A stretch of DNA of 64,000 nt from assembly GCA_039818205.1 (NCBI GenBank), contig JBCBUK010000005.1:224001-288000 (forward strand), written 5' to 3'. The notes beneath the pieces are model-generated. The model was not told the DNA's origin. It ran no database searches and saw nothing but the letters and a program-made list of their open reading frames with translations. This document shows positions 38,695 through 48,173 of the stretch, one piece after another. The translations under genes and the position numbers were made by a program. The DNA comes from Verrucomicrobiota bacterium. GTDB lineage: Bacteria > Verrucomicrobiota > Verrucomicrobiia > Opitutales > Cerasicoccaceae. Within the stretch, counting starts at the first letter, position 1. Every line of letters begins with the position of its first letter.

Positions 38695-41600
38695 TTACTC
38701 AGAGGTGTCGGCGGGTTTTGCTTTTTCGCTGACGTAATCCAGAACCGCTGCACCAAACGTAAAACCACCGCCGAATGCAACCAGAGCAACACGGGCATTG
38801 CCGGGCAGATCTTCCCAGTTTTTCGAAAGGCACAATGGAATACTGCTGGATGAGGTGTTGCCGAAATTCCGGATATTCTCCCAGACCCGCTCCGGGCGAC
38901 CACTCAGGCGCTTCGCCAAGGCACGACTGATACGTTGATTTGCCTGGTGAGGCACAATCACATCTAAGTCGTCCATCTCAAGTCCACTGGCAGCACACGC
39001 TTGTGTCATCGCATTGGTCATATGGCGGACCGCATCATAAAAGACGCGTTTGCCGCGCATCGCGGTCGAATCAGGGCTATCGGTCAAGGGAACATTCAAG
39101 CTCTCGCCGGACTCCCCAATACCCGAAATAAGCGGCTTGTGCAGACGCAACTCATCACTGAGCTCGGGCTCACCGGAATCGGCCGAACGCGCACTGATCA
39201 GAGTCGCGGTAGCCGCATCGCCAAATAAAAACGCCGTATCGTAATCTTCAAGATCAAGCGTCCGGGAAAGCACTTCAGTAGTCACCAACAACACATTCCC
39301 AGAGCGACCTTCCAAAAAGTCATAAGCGCATTGAAGACCGTATAGATAGCCCGAACATCCCGCGGAAATATCATAACCCGGGCAGCACTGCTCCGGAGCC
39401 AATGCATGTAAGACTCGCATGGCCAGCGAAGGCGTCCCGCGGTCAGGAGTCGTTGTCGAACAAATTACCAGATCGATATCCTCCATGGCCACTGGCGTTT
39501 TCTCGAGCAGTTGCTCGACGGCTTCTACAGCCAAGCTGAGCGGCGTTTGTTCTGGGGAAGCCCAATAGCGGCTCTCGATACCCGTGCGACGGACAATATC
39601 GTCGCTGGTTTTTTCTGGGAAGCGCTTGAGCAACTCTTCGTTGCTAACTTCGACGCTACCATGGGCAATGCCGATAGCGCCCAAACGAACGATTGTGTTC
39701 TCATCCGAACGAGGGCCACTTGCCAAGAGCGGTGCGGCATCGTCTGTCGAAATAATATAAGGCTTCTTCTTTTGATTCTTCGTCGAAGAACGCTCAGTCG
39801 TATTAGCCTCAGCGCATCGAATGCGCATGATTGGGTCGCCCACGCTGATTGAAACGCCTTCGTCGACCGCCAGGGCCTCAACAACACCCTCAAAAGGAGA
39901 GACCATTTCGGCGGCAGCTTTATCTGCCTCTATAATCGCGATGTCCTGGTCTACGCTGACCGTGTCGCCTTCCTTGACCAACCATTCAACAACGGTTACC
40001 GAGTCGTCAGAAGCTCCGACGCCCATCGCGGAAATCGTCTCTATATTTGAGCTTTCCACATCATCGCTTGCCCAGCCCAGCTGTAAATCCATCAGCTCAG
40101 CTGCGGCCTCAATAATGTCGTCGACCGATGGCAAAATCTCCAGCTGGTTGGCCAGGTTGAACGGCACAAGCGCTTCGGGCCGGGTTACCCGTCGAACGCG
40201 GGCAGGCACCGATTCACCTTCAACGACACACGCACAAATTTCGGCGCCCACACCACAAAATCCATTGTCCTCGTGAACGACAACCAAGCGCTTCGTCTTG
40301 CGAACGGAACTGCGAATCGCGTCTTCATCCCAAGGAGTGATCGAGCGCAAGTCAATGACCTCGGCGGACACCCCGAGCGCCTCTAATTGTTGAGCCGCCT
40401 CTTCGCACAGAGGGACCGTATTGGCCCAACCAACCAAGGTGACATCGTCGCCGCTACGGCATTGGTGGGCTTTTCCAATTGGCACCCAATAGTTCGCGAC
40501 GTCTCCGCTCGAAGCCCGCAGCTTGGCGTTAATCAAATTCTTGGGATACAAGATGACCGTCGGACGATTCGAAGCCAGGGCTGCGTTAACCATTCCCGCA
40601 GCATCGCGCGCGGTGGAGGGCATCACGATATCAACCCCGGGTGAATGCGCCAAAACCGACTCTAAGGTCTGCGTGTGAAAGGGCCCAGTACCCCCGCGAT
40701 AACCACCGCAGGAAACCATGATCACCACTGGGCAATTCCATTGCCCGGCTGATCGCCAATACATCGAGGCCAGTTCGTTGTGATAAAGGTTCTGAATCAG
40801 CGGAAGAAAATCAGCAAACTGAATAAACCCGACTGGCTTGCCGCCGGCCAGAGCTTGCCCAATGGTGAGCCCCATGATGCTGGCCTCTGCCAGTGGCGCG
40901 TTGCGAACCCGGTCCGGGAACGCTTCCGATAGGCCTTGGGTCACCCCAAATACATCGCCTTTGGGGTCTTCGATGTCCTCGCCCAGAAGCGTAACCGCCT
41001 CGTCCTTGCTCATCGCCTGATGCAAGGCTTCGCGCATGGCTGCACGCATCGTCACCCCAATACCGTTGGTATCGATTCGACGCCCCTCCTTGGGCTCGGT
41101 CTGGTTTACGTAGTCGGCACTGAGTGGTGCCTTGACCTCCAAGGATAAAACTGGATCAGCAGATTGTCGGGCCTCGTCGGCCGCGGACTTCACCGCCACC
41201 CGGGCACTCTCCTCGATTTCGAGCAACTGATCGTTGTCCACACCGAGATCCAAAAGCTGCTTGCGAAATTCGATCAGTGGATCACGAAACTTAGCATTCT
41301 CGGCCAGAGTATCCGCATTGCGGTAGGCCTGCTGATCATCGGCGTTCGAATGGCTGCCCAAGCGCTCGACCCGCATCACCGCAATCGCTGGACCACGAGT
41401 CGATCGAATCTTGCTGCAGAGGTTGCCAAACTGTTCACGTGAATCGATGACATCGACGCCATCCCAATAATGAATTGGCACACCGAGGAAGCTTTCCGCC
41501 TGCCCATCCGGGAGGGAGAAAAAGGTTTGCCCTCCCGTCGTAGTCGAAAGCGCATAACCATTGTCCTGGATCAAGAACAACACAGGCAAATTCGCTCGAA

Positions 41601-42144
41601 CCGCCTCACCGACGGCCTCATAAAAATCCCCCTGCTGCACGCCGCCATCGCCAATTGCACAATAGACCAGCGGAGCACCAGGATCATCTTTGATGCGAGA
41701 AGCGACGCCCACGGCAGGCAACAGATTGTTGCCCACCGAAACTGGCATACTCATGACATTCAGCGCCCGGTCCGAGTGCATCACATTCATGTGCCGCCCT
41801 GCCGAACAAGAAGCCTCGTTCGCAAACAGAGAATCAAAGAATGATCGAGGCTCGACCCCGCGAGCGAGCAAAAGAGCTCGATCGCGGTAGTGACAACCCA
41901 GCCAATCGTCCGGAGTCAGAAACTCCGCGAGGGTTGCCGTTGCCTCGTGCCCCGCACTTGCAATGTGGAAGTGCCCCTCACCTCGAGCGATGATCTTGCG
42001 TTCCTCGGACTCGATTTCGCGTGAGCGGACAAGACAGCCATACAAATCCAGGTACCGTTCCAGTAGATCAGATCGGCACGAATCCGGGGTGGATTCCGCT
42101 AAACGGGTCATGGGTTCAACCGGTCGGTCCTTGAAGACATCCAT
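38695..42144 (-). CDS. Fusion protein: 2-oxoacid dehydrogenase E1alpha + E1beta + lipoyl domain + FabH (KAS III)
   Basis: ThDP motif GDGGVQQG...QDNGYA. E1beta motifs LLGEDI...GVTQGL, NAPLAEASIMG and IQFADF. Lipoyl motif EADKA (K742). KAS III motifs DISAGCSG (C930), PHQAN (H1066), GNTSSSS (N1096) and AFGGGFTFG. Confidence 0.9.
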   Translation of the reverse strand: MDVFKDRPVEPMTRLAESTPDSCRSDLLERYLDLYGCLVRSREIESEERKIIARGEGHFHIASAGHEATATLAEFLTPDDWLGCHYRDRALLLARGVEPRSFFDSLFANEASCSAGRHMNVMHSDRALNVMSMPVSVGNNLLPAVGVASRIKDDPGAPLVYCAIGDGGVQQGDFYEAVGEAVRANLPVLFLIQDNGYALSTTTGGQTFFSLPDGQAESFLGVPIHYWDGVDVIDSREQFGNLCSKIRSTRGPAIAVMRVERLGSHSNADDQQAYRNADTLAENAKFRDPLIEFRKQLLDLGVDNDQLLEIEESARVAVKSAADEARQSADPVLSLEVKAPLSADYVNQTEPKEGRRIDTNGIGVTMRAAMREALHQAMSKDEAVTLLGEDIEDPKGDVFGVTQGLSEAFPDRVRNAPLAEASIMGLTIGQALAGGKPVGFIQFADFLPLIQNLYHNELASMYWRSAGQWNCPVVIMVSCGGYRGGTGPFHTQTLESVLAHSPGVDIVMPSTARDAAGMVNAALASNRPTVILYPKNLINAKLRASSGDVANYWVPIGKAHQCRSGDDVTLVGWANTVPLCEEAAQQLEALGVSAEVIDLRSITPWDEDAIRSSVRKTKRLVVVHEDNGFCGVGAEICACVVEGESVPARVRRVTRPEALVPFNLANQLEILPSVDDIIEAAAELMDLQLGWASDDVESSNIETISAMGVGASDDSVTVVEWLVKEGDTVSVDQDIAIIEADKAAAEMVSPFEGVVEALAVDEGVSISVGDPIMRIRCAEANTTERSSTKNQKKKPYIISTDDAAPLLASGPRSDENTIVRLGAIGIAHGSVEVSNEELLKRFPEKTSDDIVRRTGIESRYWASPEQTPLSLAVEAVEQLLEKTPVAMEDIDLVICSTTTPDRGTPSLAMRVLHALAPEQCCPGYDISAGCSGYLYGLQCAYDFLEGRSGNVLLVTTEVLSRTLDLEDYDTAFLFGDAATATLISARSADSGEPELSDELRLHKPLISGIGESGESLNVPLTDSPDSTAMRGKRVFYDAVRHMTNAMTQACAASGLEMDDLDVIVPHQANQRISRALAKRLSGRPERVWENIRNFGNTSSSSIPLCLSKNWEDLPGNARVALVAFGGGFTFGAAVLDYVSEKAKPADTSE

Positions 42145-42148
42145 TCTA

Positions 42149-43447
42149 TCAGACGGCCTGCTTTTTATACTGCCGGAACTTTCGTTTTTGGGGACGGTGG
42201 TTATCGCGTGATTGCCTCATTGGTTTGCCATTTCGTTTTTTCCCACGAGAGGAAGATTTACCCTTTGGAGCCCGCAAACCAATCAACTTCTCTTCATGGA
42301 ATTCATGATCACGATGAATGGTAATCTGGGTCTTAATCAGGCGCTCAATAGCACGAAGCTCGCCAATCTCCTCGGCCGAGCAAAATGAGAAGGCGCAACC
42401 TTCAGCACCCCCACGCGCCGTGCGGCCAATCCGATGAACGTAGGCTTCCGGATCGTTTGGTAGATCGAAATTAATCACCAGCGTGATGTCTTTCACGTCA
42501 ATACCGCGAGCAGCAACGTCCGTCGCCACCAAAACTGGTGTCTTGCCGCGGCGGAAATTCTCGAGTGCACGTTGGCGGGCACGTTGGCTCTTATCGCCGT
42601 GAATAGCCTCGGTCCGCACACCTGAACGGTCAATGTGCTTGGCCAAACGCTCGGCACCATGCTTGGTACGGCTAAAGACCAATGTCAAATTGCGCCCTTC
42701 TTTGCCCTTCTGCTCATCAATCAACGACGAGAGCAAGTCCCGCTTATTGTCTTGCTTGAGAAGGCATAGGCGGTGGTCGACGCTCTCTGCGGTGGTCTTG
42801 TCGGGGGCAATCCGAACCTCGGTTGGATTGGAAAGGATTGTACTGGCTAGCCCCTCGACCGTCGACGAATAGGTCGCCGAAAAGAAAATCGATTGCCGTT
42901 GTTTCGGAAGCTCCTTCACAACTTTGCGAATGTCATGGATAAAGCCCATGTCCAACATGCGGTCGGCCTCATCCAACACGAAAAACTCGACGCTACCAAA
43001 GTCCAAATGCCCTTGGCCAAACAGGTCGAATAGACGGCCAGGCGTTGCAATAAGCACGTCAACCCCACGGCGAAGCGCTCTAATTTGTGGTCCTGCAGGA
43101 ACGCCACCGTAAATCGCAGTGGTGCTGATGCGGGAAAATTTCCCGTATTCCCGGAAACTCTGAGCCACCTGCGCAGCCAGCTCGCGAGTCGGAGTCAGCA
43201 CCAACGCGCGGAACTGGTTCGGGCTCAGACGCCCTGGATTCTCAATCATTTGATTAAGAATCGGTAGTGTAAACGCAGCAGTTTTCCCGGTTCCGGTTTG
43301 GGCCGAGCCCAACAAATCATGCCCTTCGAGCAGCGGCGGAATGGCCTGCGCCTGAATTGGCGTTGGCTCGTCGTAGGACTTTTCGGTGAGTGCTCGCTGG
43401 AGTGGATCAGCCAAGCCCAGCGCACTAAATTTTTGAATCGTTTCCAT
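42149..43447 (-). CDS. rhlE: DEAD-box RNA helicase, RhlE-like
   Basis: AQTGTGKT, PTRELA, TPGR, DEAD, SAT, ARGID and YVHRIGRTARGG, with a basic C-terminal tail. Confidence 0.9.
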   Translation of the reverse strand: METIQKFSALGLADPLQRALTEKSYDEPTPIQAQAIPPLLEGHDLLGSAQTGTGKTAAFTLPILNQMIENPGRLSPNQFRALVLTPTRELAAQVAQSFREYGKFSRISTTAIYGGVPAGPQIRALRRGVDVLIATPGRLFDLFGQGHLDFGSVEFFVLDEADRMLDMGFIHDIRKVVKELPKQRQSIFFSATYSSTVEGLASTILSNPTEVRIAPDKTTAESVDHRLCLLKQDNKRDLLSSLIDEQKGKEGRNLTLVFSRTKHGAERLAKHIDRSGVRTEAIHGDKSQRARQRALENFRRGKTPVLVATDVAARGIDVKDITLVINFDLPNDPEAYVHRIGRTARGGAEGCAFSFCSAEEIGELRAIERLIKTQITIHRDHEFHEEKLIGLRAPKGKSSSRGKKRNGKPMRQSRDNHRPQKRKFRQYKKQAV

Positions 43448-44005
43448 GTCTTATTTCCATCCGCAGGTCTCTTCAAAAATATGCGGATTCTTCGATGATA
43501 GTGATTATGCCTAAATCAATCACTCATCGATGGAGACCGTTCAGGATAGGTATTTGCGCAATGCCGTCAGGACAGCAGAGGAAATACGATTAACTCTCGG
43601 AAAATGGACCATTTAACCGCGCACGCAAGAGAAATAGTCGATCACAAGAACCCGGGATAACGGATACTCATCAGGAACGTTAAGCCCTCTTCTTCAAAGT
43701 TTCTGCGACAATTCGGCCCATCCGTTCACGATAGTGCCGAGAAAACGACCTGACCGGCGCTCACTATGGAGAAATCAAATACTCGCAAAATGCTCACAAA
43801 CAAGATCTTAGGAAACAAAACCAACTAATCGATCAACGACACCATCAGAGCTATTCTCGGCCGATGGTGCTAAAGATGTTATTTCATGGATTATTGCCGC
43901 GGACCACCTTTCGGAGCTGCTCCGGGGATTGCGAGAAACCTGTCCGAAAGATACGTTGATTCACCGCCAAACAGGCAGCTACTCTATTAATAAACCCACA
44001 CCAGT

Positions 44006-45994
44006 ATGAAACAAACACTCCTTTGCAGCCTCGGTCTATGCCTTGCGGCAACTACATTGTTGGCGGAAAATGCGCAAAACGACCGAAAAATGAACGTCAT
44101 CTTGATCGTCGCCGACGATATAAGCGCCCGCGAATTCCCCTTTTATGGTTCTTCGAAATGGTCTGGCGAACGCCGAGCCCAGACGCCGGTGATGGATCGC
44201 TTGGCAGAAGAAGGATGCTTCGTCGAAACCTTTTGGGCTGCAACCATTTGCAAACCGAGCCGAGTCTCGATGATGAACGGCACCTATGCCCACCAAAACA
44301 AATACTGGGACAATCGTCACATCGGGGTCGACTGCCGGACCGTCTACTCCGCCTACGAAAGCGCTCCGATCACCCTCGGTAACATGAGCCGGGACGCCGG
44401 ATATGCGAACATTTGGGTCTCTAAGACCCATATCACGGCCGGTGGCGACATCCTCAGCATGGGTTTCAACGAATGCGTACTCAACCCTGCGGAGCCGGCG
44501 CGGCATATGGGCTGGACTCCATTCGGCACTCCAGAACCAAACCCCTATCCAATTTTCCGCACCCCCAATCCTGACGACTGGGACCACGAATCCTTCTTCT
44601 TCTGGCCGGAGATACAGCTGATCAACCACCCGGACCACCCCAATGAGACCTTCACATGGGAGAAAACCGAAATCAACGACTACGCTCCAGATGTTGAAAT
44701 GGAACACATCTATGCGTTCATGGATCGATCCAAAGCCGCGGGAAAACCCTTTTTCATCCTCCACACGCCGCACCTGGGCCACCTTGCCAAAGACCCGACT
44801 CACCCCGACTTTCCAACCGTCTGGCCCGGCACTCCAGAAATTGAGTGGACGGGTGACGGCTACGTCCGCAAAGACCCCAAGATTACCAAGCTGGCAGACG
44901 GAACCTACGAAAAAGAAAACATCACGCCCGACGGGTTAAGCTACCACATCGACTATCTGGATTTTCAAATTTGGGAGATGCTGCAGAAACTCGAGGAGAT
45001 CGGTGAGCTCGACAACACCGTGATACTCTTCAGCGCGGACAACGGCACCCAATGGAATGCATGGGGCAAAGGCAATGTTCGCAGCCAGCAAGGCCAACAT
45101 GTTCCTCTCCTCATCTACGCCCCCGGCGTTGAAGGATTTGTCCAAGGACGTCAAAATATCAGCGCCGACATAACGGACTTACTGCCGACGCTTGCCGAGA
45201 TCATGGATTTCCAGTTCCCTGAAGGCTACGACAAGCTCGACGGTCAAAGCCTCTGGCCTTACCTCACGGGTGAGGCGGATCATCACCGCGACTACATTTA
45301 CTCAATGCGGATTGAAACCCAGATGATTCGCAATGACAAAGTCATGCGCGACGGGCATGGAACATGGTATGATGTCAACCAGCGCCCTGGAGACTTCGAG
45401 AGCTTCACCAAGCTCGACGATCTACCGGAAGGAGAATACAAAGACACCTTGCTCGCCGAAAAGGCTAAGCTCGAACCGATGCTCGCGCAGTACGACCTTT
45501 ACGACATTGAATCCGAAGCACCGAAACCGCCGGCTGATGCCGATAAAGATGGCATTGCGGACTGGTTTGAAGAGCGGCACGGCGACCTTAAGCCCAACGC
45601 AGATCCCGATAAGGATGGTGTCAGTAACTACCTTGAATACATTCATGCCGGTGATCCCCACGACCCAAGCTTACCGACTCAGGAACAATTGCCCCACGCG
45701 ATCGAGCTATCCGACGCACAAGGCAACTACCTGGGCCTGCAGTTCGTGCGGCGGGAAGAGCTGGGGCCCGACTATTGGTTTTTAATCGAGGGGTCAGCCG
45801 ATGGCGAGGAATGGACGACTGATGGCGTCATCCAACAGCACACGCTTCGGTCCAATGGGGACGGAACTGAGCGGGTCATTGCACGCATCGCCGCCGACAA
45901 AGACAAAGCAAACCTGTCCGAGATGCGCTTAACGGTTCAGAAGCCTCGCGAACGGAAGGCACGCAAATACACCTACTTGCTCAAAAAAGACTAG
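44006..45994 (+). CDS. Secreted family S1 sulfatase-like hydrolase with a PVC-type C-terminal domain
   Basis: Signal peptide, NVILIVADD, CKPSR and FSADNG. C-terminal DADKDGIADW...DPDKDGVSNYLEY...IEGSADGEEW module. Confidence 0.88.
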   Translation: MKQTLLCSLGLCLAATTLLAENAQNDRKMNVILIVADDISAREFPFYGSSKWSGERRAQTPVMDRLAEEGCFVETFWAATICKPSRVSMMNGTYAHQNKYWDNRHIGVDCRTVYSAYESAPITLGNMSRDAGYANIWVSKTHITAGGDILSMGFNECVLNPAEPARHMGWTPFGTPEPNPYPIFRTPNPDDWDHESFFFWPEIQLINHPDHPNETFTWEKTEINDYAPDVEMEHIYAFMDRSKAAGKPFFILHTPHLGHLAKDPTHPDFPTVWPGTPEIEWTGDGYVRKDPKITKLADGTYEKENITPDGLSYHIDYLDFQIWEMLQKLEEIGELDNTVILFSADNGTQWNAWGKGNVRSQQGQHVPLLIYAPGVEGFVQGRQNISADITDLLPTLAEIMDFQFPEGYDKLDGQSLWPYLTGEADHHRDYIYSMRIETQMIRNDKVMRDGHGTWYDVNQRPGDFESFTKLDDLPEGEYKDTLLAEKAKLEPMLAQYDLYDIESEAPKPPADADKDGIADWFEERHGDLKPNADPDKDGVSNYLEYIHAGDPHDPSLPTQEQLPHAIELSDAQGNYLGLQFVRREELGPDYWFLIEGSADGEEWTTDGVIQQHTLRSNGDGTERVIARIAADKDKANLSEMRLTVQKPRERKARKYTYLLKKD

Positions 45995-46009
45995 TTGGTG
46001 TCATTTTTC

Positions 46010-46050
46010 AAAAGCGGGCCGACATCGATTTGGGTGTCGGCCTTGCGTTT
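46010..46050. terminator. Hairpin between convergent genes, probably a bidirectional terminator
   Basis: GGCCGACATC(gatttg)GGTGTCGGCC, flanked by AAAA upstream and TTGCGTTT downstream. Confidence 0.6.
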
Positions 46051-46127
46051 ACTAGCCGTCCGCAACGAAACAAACCCGTTCCGCCACAGAATAACCGCGA
46101 GATCATTTCAGCTGGCCAACTCCGTGG

Positions 46128-46796
46128 CTAGCGCCACTTTCGACGGAGAAAAGCCACAGCGGTAAACGCGGCAACAGCAATCACCATCACGGTTTTGCCA
46201 GGCTCCGGCACCTGCGTGATCTGTCCCCGGATTTCTCCAGCTCGAAAAGCAAAGGTGTGCACCTGGAAATAGAGCTCCCCCGCAAACAGCGCGTCAATCG
46301 CATCGCTGAGCGGTACGCTGTCTCCCGGCCCCCGGGAACCATCCGAACCAAAATCAAGATCACCGTCGTCCCAAAGCCCGGACAGCGATGAGTTGCTGGC
46401 ATTGACCAGGAGGTCGTCGTCATCCTCTCGGGGAAATCCGTAGACATTGAGAGCGTGAACGTCGTTCTCCCCCGCGGCCCCAAAATGAATGTGCACGGCG
46501 CGAGAGAGGTCGTCGGGACCGGAAAGCGTGGGTCGCGGAACCGTTTCTGAAAAATCGATGCCATTGAGCGAAAGCGTATAAGCGAGGGTCGGCCCATCCA
46601 AACCTCCCGTCGTCAGCAAGAGCTCCGCGACGCCTGAGGCCGTTGAGATGCCCGCAGGATCGTCGATTGGGCTACCAGGGACTACCGCCTCAGGCGTCAA
46701 TATTGCCTCAAAGCGATACATGGCTGCCGACATCGAAGCACTCAGCCCGATGAACAGGCAGATAAAAACGAGGAGTCGCACGTTGTTTGATACCAT
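46128..46796 (-). CDS. CHRD-domain protein with PEP-CTERM sorting signal
   Basis: Signal peptide, VHIHFG and LYFQVHT...GEIRGQI. C-terminal VPEP, then a TM segment and RRKWR. Confidence 0.9.
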   Translation of the reverse strand: MVSNNVRLLVFICLFIGLSASMSAAMYRFEAILTPEAVVPGSPIDDPAGISTASGVAELLLTTGGLDGPTLAYTLSLNGIDFSETVPRPTLSGPDDLSRAVHIHFGAAGENDVHALNVYGFPREDDDDLLVNASNSSLSGLWDDGDLDFGSDGSRGPGDSVPLSDAIDALFAGELYFQVHTFAFRAGEIRGQITQVPEPGKTVMVIAVAAFTAVAFLRRKWR

Positions 46797-47023
46797 GGTG
46801 ATTAACTTTATTCCATACTTATATCAGTTCAGGCAACGGGATTGTCGATATTCTCGGATCGCACAAAGAGGTCTTGGTCGAAATAAGCCATGCATAAAAA
46901 TTGAACGACAATATTGAGGGCCTCAATGAATCACAGGTGTCGATCGCGCCCGATTCATGAATATCACTAATTCTAATAGCTAAATATCAACTATTCAGGA
47001 GACAAAATGGCCAGGCCGGTTCG

Positions 47024-47039
47024 TGGCATGGCATGTGCT
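47024..47039 (+). promoter_or_regulatory. Sigma54 (-24/-12) promoter of the importer operon
   Basis: TGGCATGGCATGTGCT matches TGGCACG-N4-TTGCW with exact GG/GC spacing, 41 nt before the SBP start codon. Confidence 0.7.
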
Positions 47040-47043
47040 TTCA

Positions 47044-47071
47044 GTATTATGATTTTCCAAAAACGTAATAC
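47044..47071. promoter_or_regulatory. NikR-type operator 1 (GTATTA-N16-TAATAC)
   Basis: Perfect 6-bp inverted half-sites with a 16-nt spacer, the geometry of the E. coli NikR site GTATGA-N16-TCATAC. It overlaps the predicted sigma54 transcription start. Confidence 0.78.
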
Positions 47072-47080
47072 CGCTTAATC

Positions 47081-48082
47081 ATGAAAATGCATATACTATC
47101 AAATGTATCTCGCCTATTGGCAATCGCTGCCTTGGGTTTTGCCTCCACAACGCTCCACGCAAAAGAACCCCTGAAAATCGCCTATAGCGATTGGCCAGGT
47201 TGGGTTGCCTGGGAAATTGGCATCAAGAAAGGCTGGTTCGAAGAAGCTGGCGTCGATGTCGACTTCCTTTGGTTTGACTACGTTGCATCGATGGATGCTT
47301 ACGTGGCTGGCAAGGTCGACGCGGTATCAATGACCAATGGTGATGCGTTGGTCACTGGCGCCACCGGGAAGCCATCGGTCGGCATTATTCTGAATGACTT
47401 CTCCAACGGCAATGACATGATTGTCGGCGGCCCGGGAGTTGATTCGATCAAGGACTTGAAGGGCAAGAAGGTCGGCGTTGAAGAAGGCTTTGTTTGCCAC
47501 CTGCTTCTGCTCAAAGGGTTATCGGATAACGGTATGTCCGCTGACGATGTGACCATCGTCAACACACCAACCAACGAAACGCCCCAGGTGCTTGCTTCGG
47601 GCGCTGTCGCAGCAATTGGCGCATGGCAGCCGAACTCAGGTGAAGCCTTGAAAGCGACGCCAGGCTCTTCACGCATTTATTCATCGGCTGATAGCCCAGG
47701 TATCATCTATGACTTCCTTTTCGTTTCTCCGGAGTCGTTGGAGACCCGTCGCGATGACTGGATGAAAGTGGTTGGCGTCTGGTATCGCATCGTCGACTAC
47801 TTAAAGGACGAAGACAATATCGACGAAGCGCTCGAGATACTCTCATCACGCGTCAACTTGAAGCCTTCAGAGTATGAGCCGCTGTTTATTGGCACCCACA
47901 TCCTCTCGCTCGATGAAGCGCTTGAGCGCTGGAAAAAAGGCGACGGCCTCGGCAGCGTCTACGGTTCTACTGACTTTGTTGATGACTTCAACGTGAAGTT
48001 TGAGGTCTATGAGGAGCCACTCAATACATCTAAGTATTTAGATCCGAGTCTGACAAAAGAATATGCGAAGTCCGCGAAGTAG
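47081..48082 (+). CDS. NitT/TauT (SsuA/THI5-like) ABC substrate-binding protein; predicted guanidine/amine-type ligand
   Basis: Signal peptide, [33 protein letters not shown] and [13 protein letters not shown]. The ligand is inferred from gene context only. Confidence 0.85.
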   Translation: MKMHILSNVSRLLAIAALGFASTTLHAKEPLKIAYSDWPGWVAWEIGIKKGWFEEAGVDVDFLWFDYVASMDAYVAGKVDAVSMTNGDALVTGATGKPSVGIILNDFSNGNDMIVGGPGVDSIKDLKGKKVGVEEGFVCHLLLLKGLSDNGMSADDVTIVNTPTNETPQVLASGAVAAIGAWQPNSGEALKATPGSSRIYSSADSPGIIYDFLFVSPESLETRRDDWMKVVGVWYRIVDYLKDEDNIDEALEILSSRVNLKPSEYEPLFIGTHILSLDEALERWKKGDGLGSVYGSTDFVDDFNVKFEVYEEPLNTSKYLDPSLTKEYAKSAK

Positions 48083-48109
48083 GGAATCGTGGTATCGTTA
48101 AAATAGGTA

Positions 48110-48147
48110 GCTTTGGCACCAAGCCGGATAAGGCTTGGTGCCAAGGC
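48110..48147 (+). other. Intercistronic 16-bp hairpin (mRNA stabiliser or attenuator) after the SBP gene
   Basis: GCTTTGGCACCAAGCC(ggataa)GGCTTGGTGCCAAGGC, with no U tract on the plus strand. Confidence 0.65.
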
Positions 48148-48173
48148 AAAACCACTGCTGCACTACAACTACT

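Noticed and set aside
38502..38903. 133-aa minus-strand ORF bridging the fusion gene and tolC
   Set aside because: Overlaps two well-supported genes in another frame.
44036..44803. 255-aa minus-strand ORF
   Set aside because: Lies entirely antisense to a well-supported sulfatase and has no recognisable motifs; a shadow ORF.
46800..47080. Possible guanidine riboswitch; ATGAATC...GATTCAT hairpin near 46926-46958
   Set aside because: No guanidine-I 3' motif, paired ACGR-loop hairpins or guanidine-III pattern seen. The hairpin lies upstream of the predicted sigma54 promoter.
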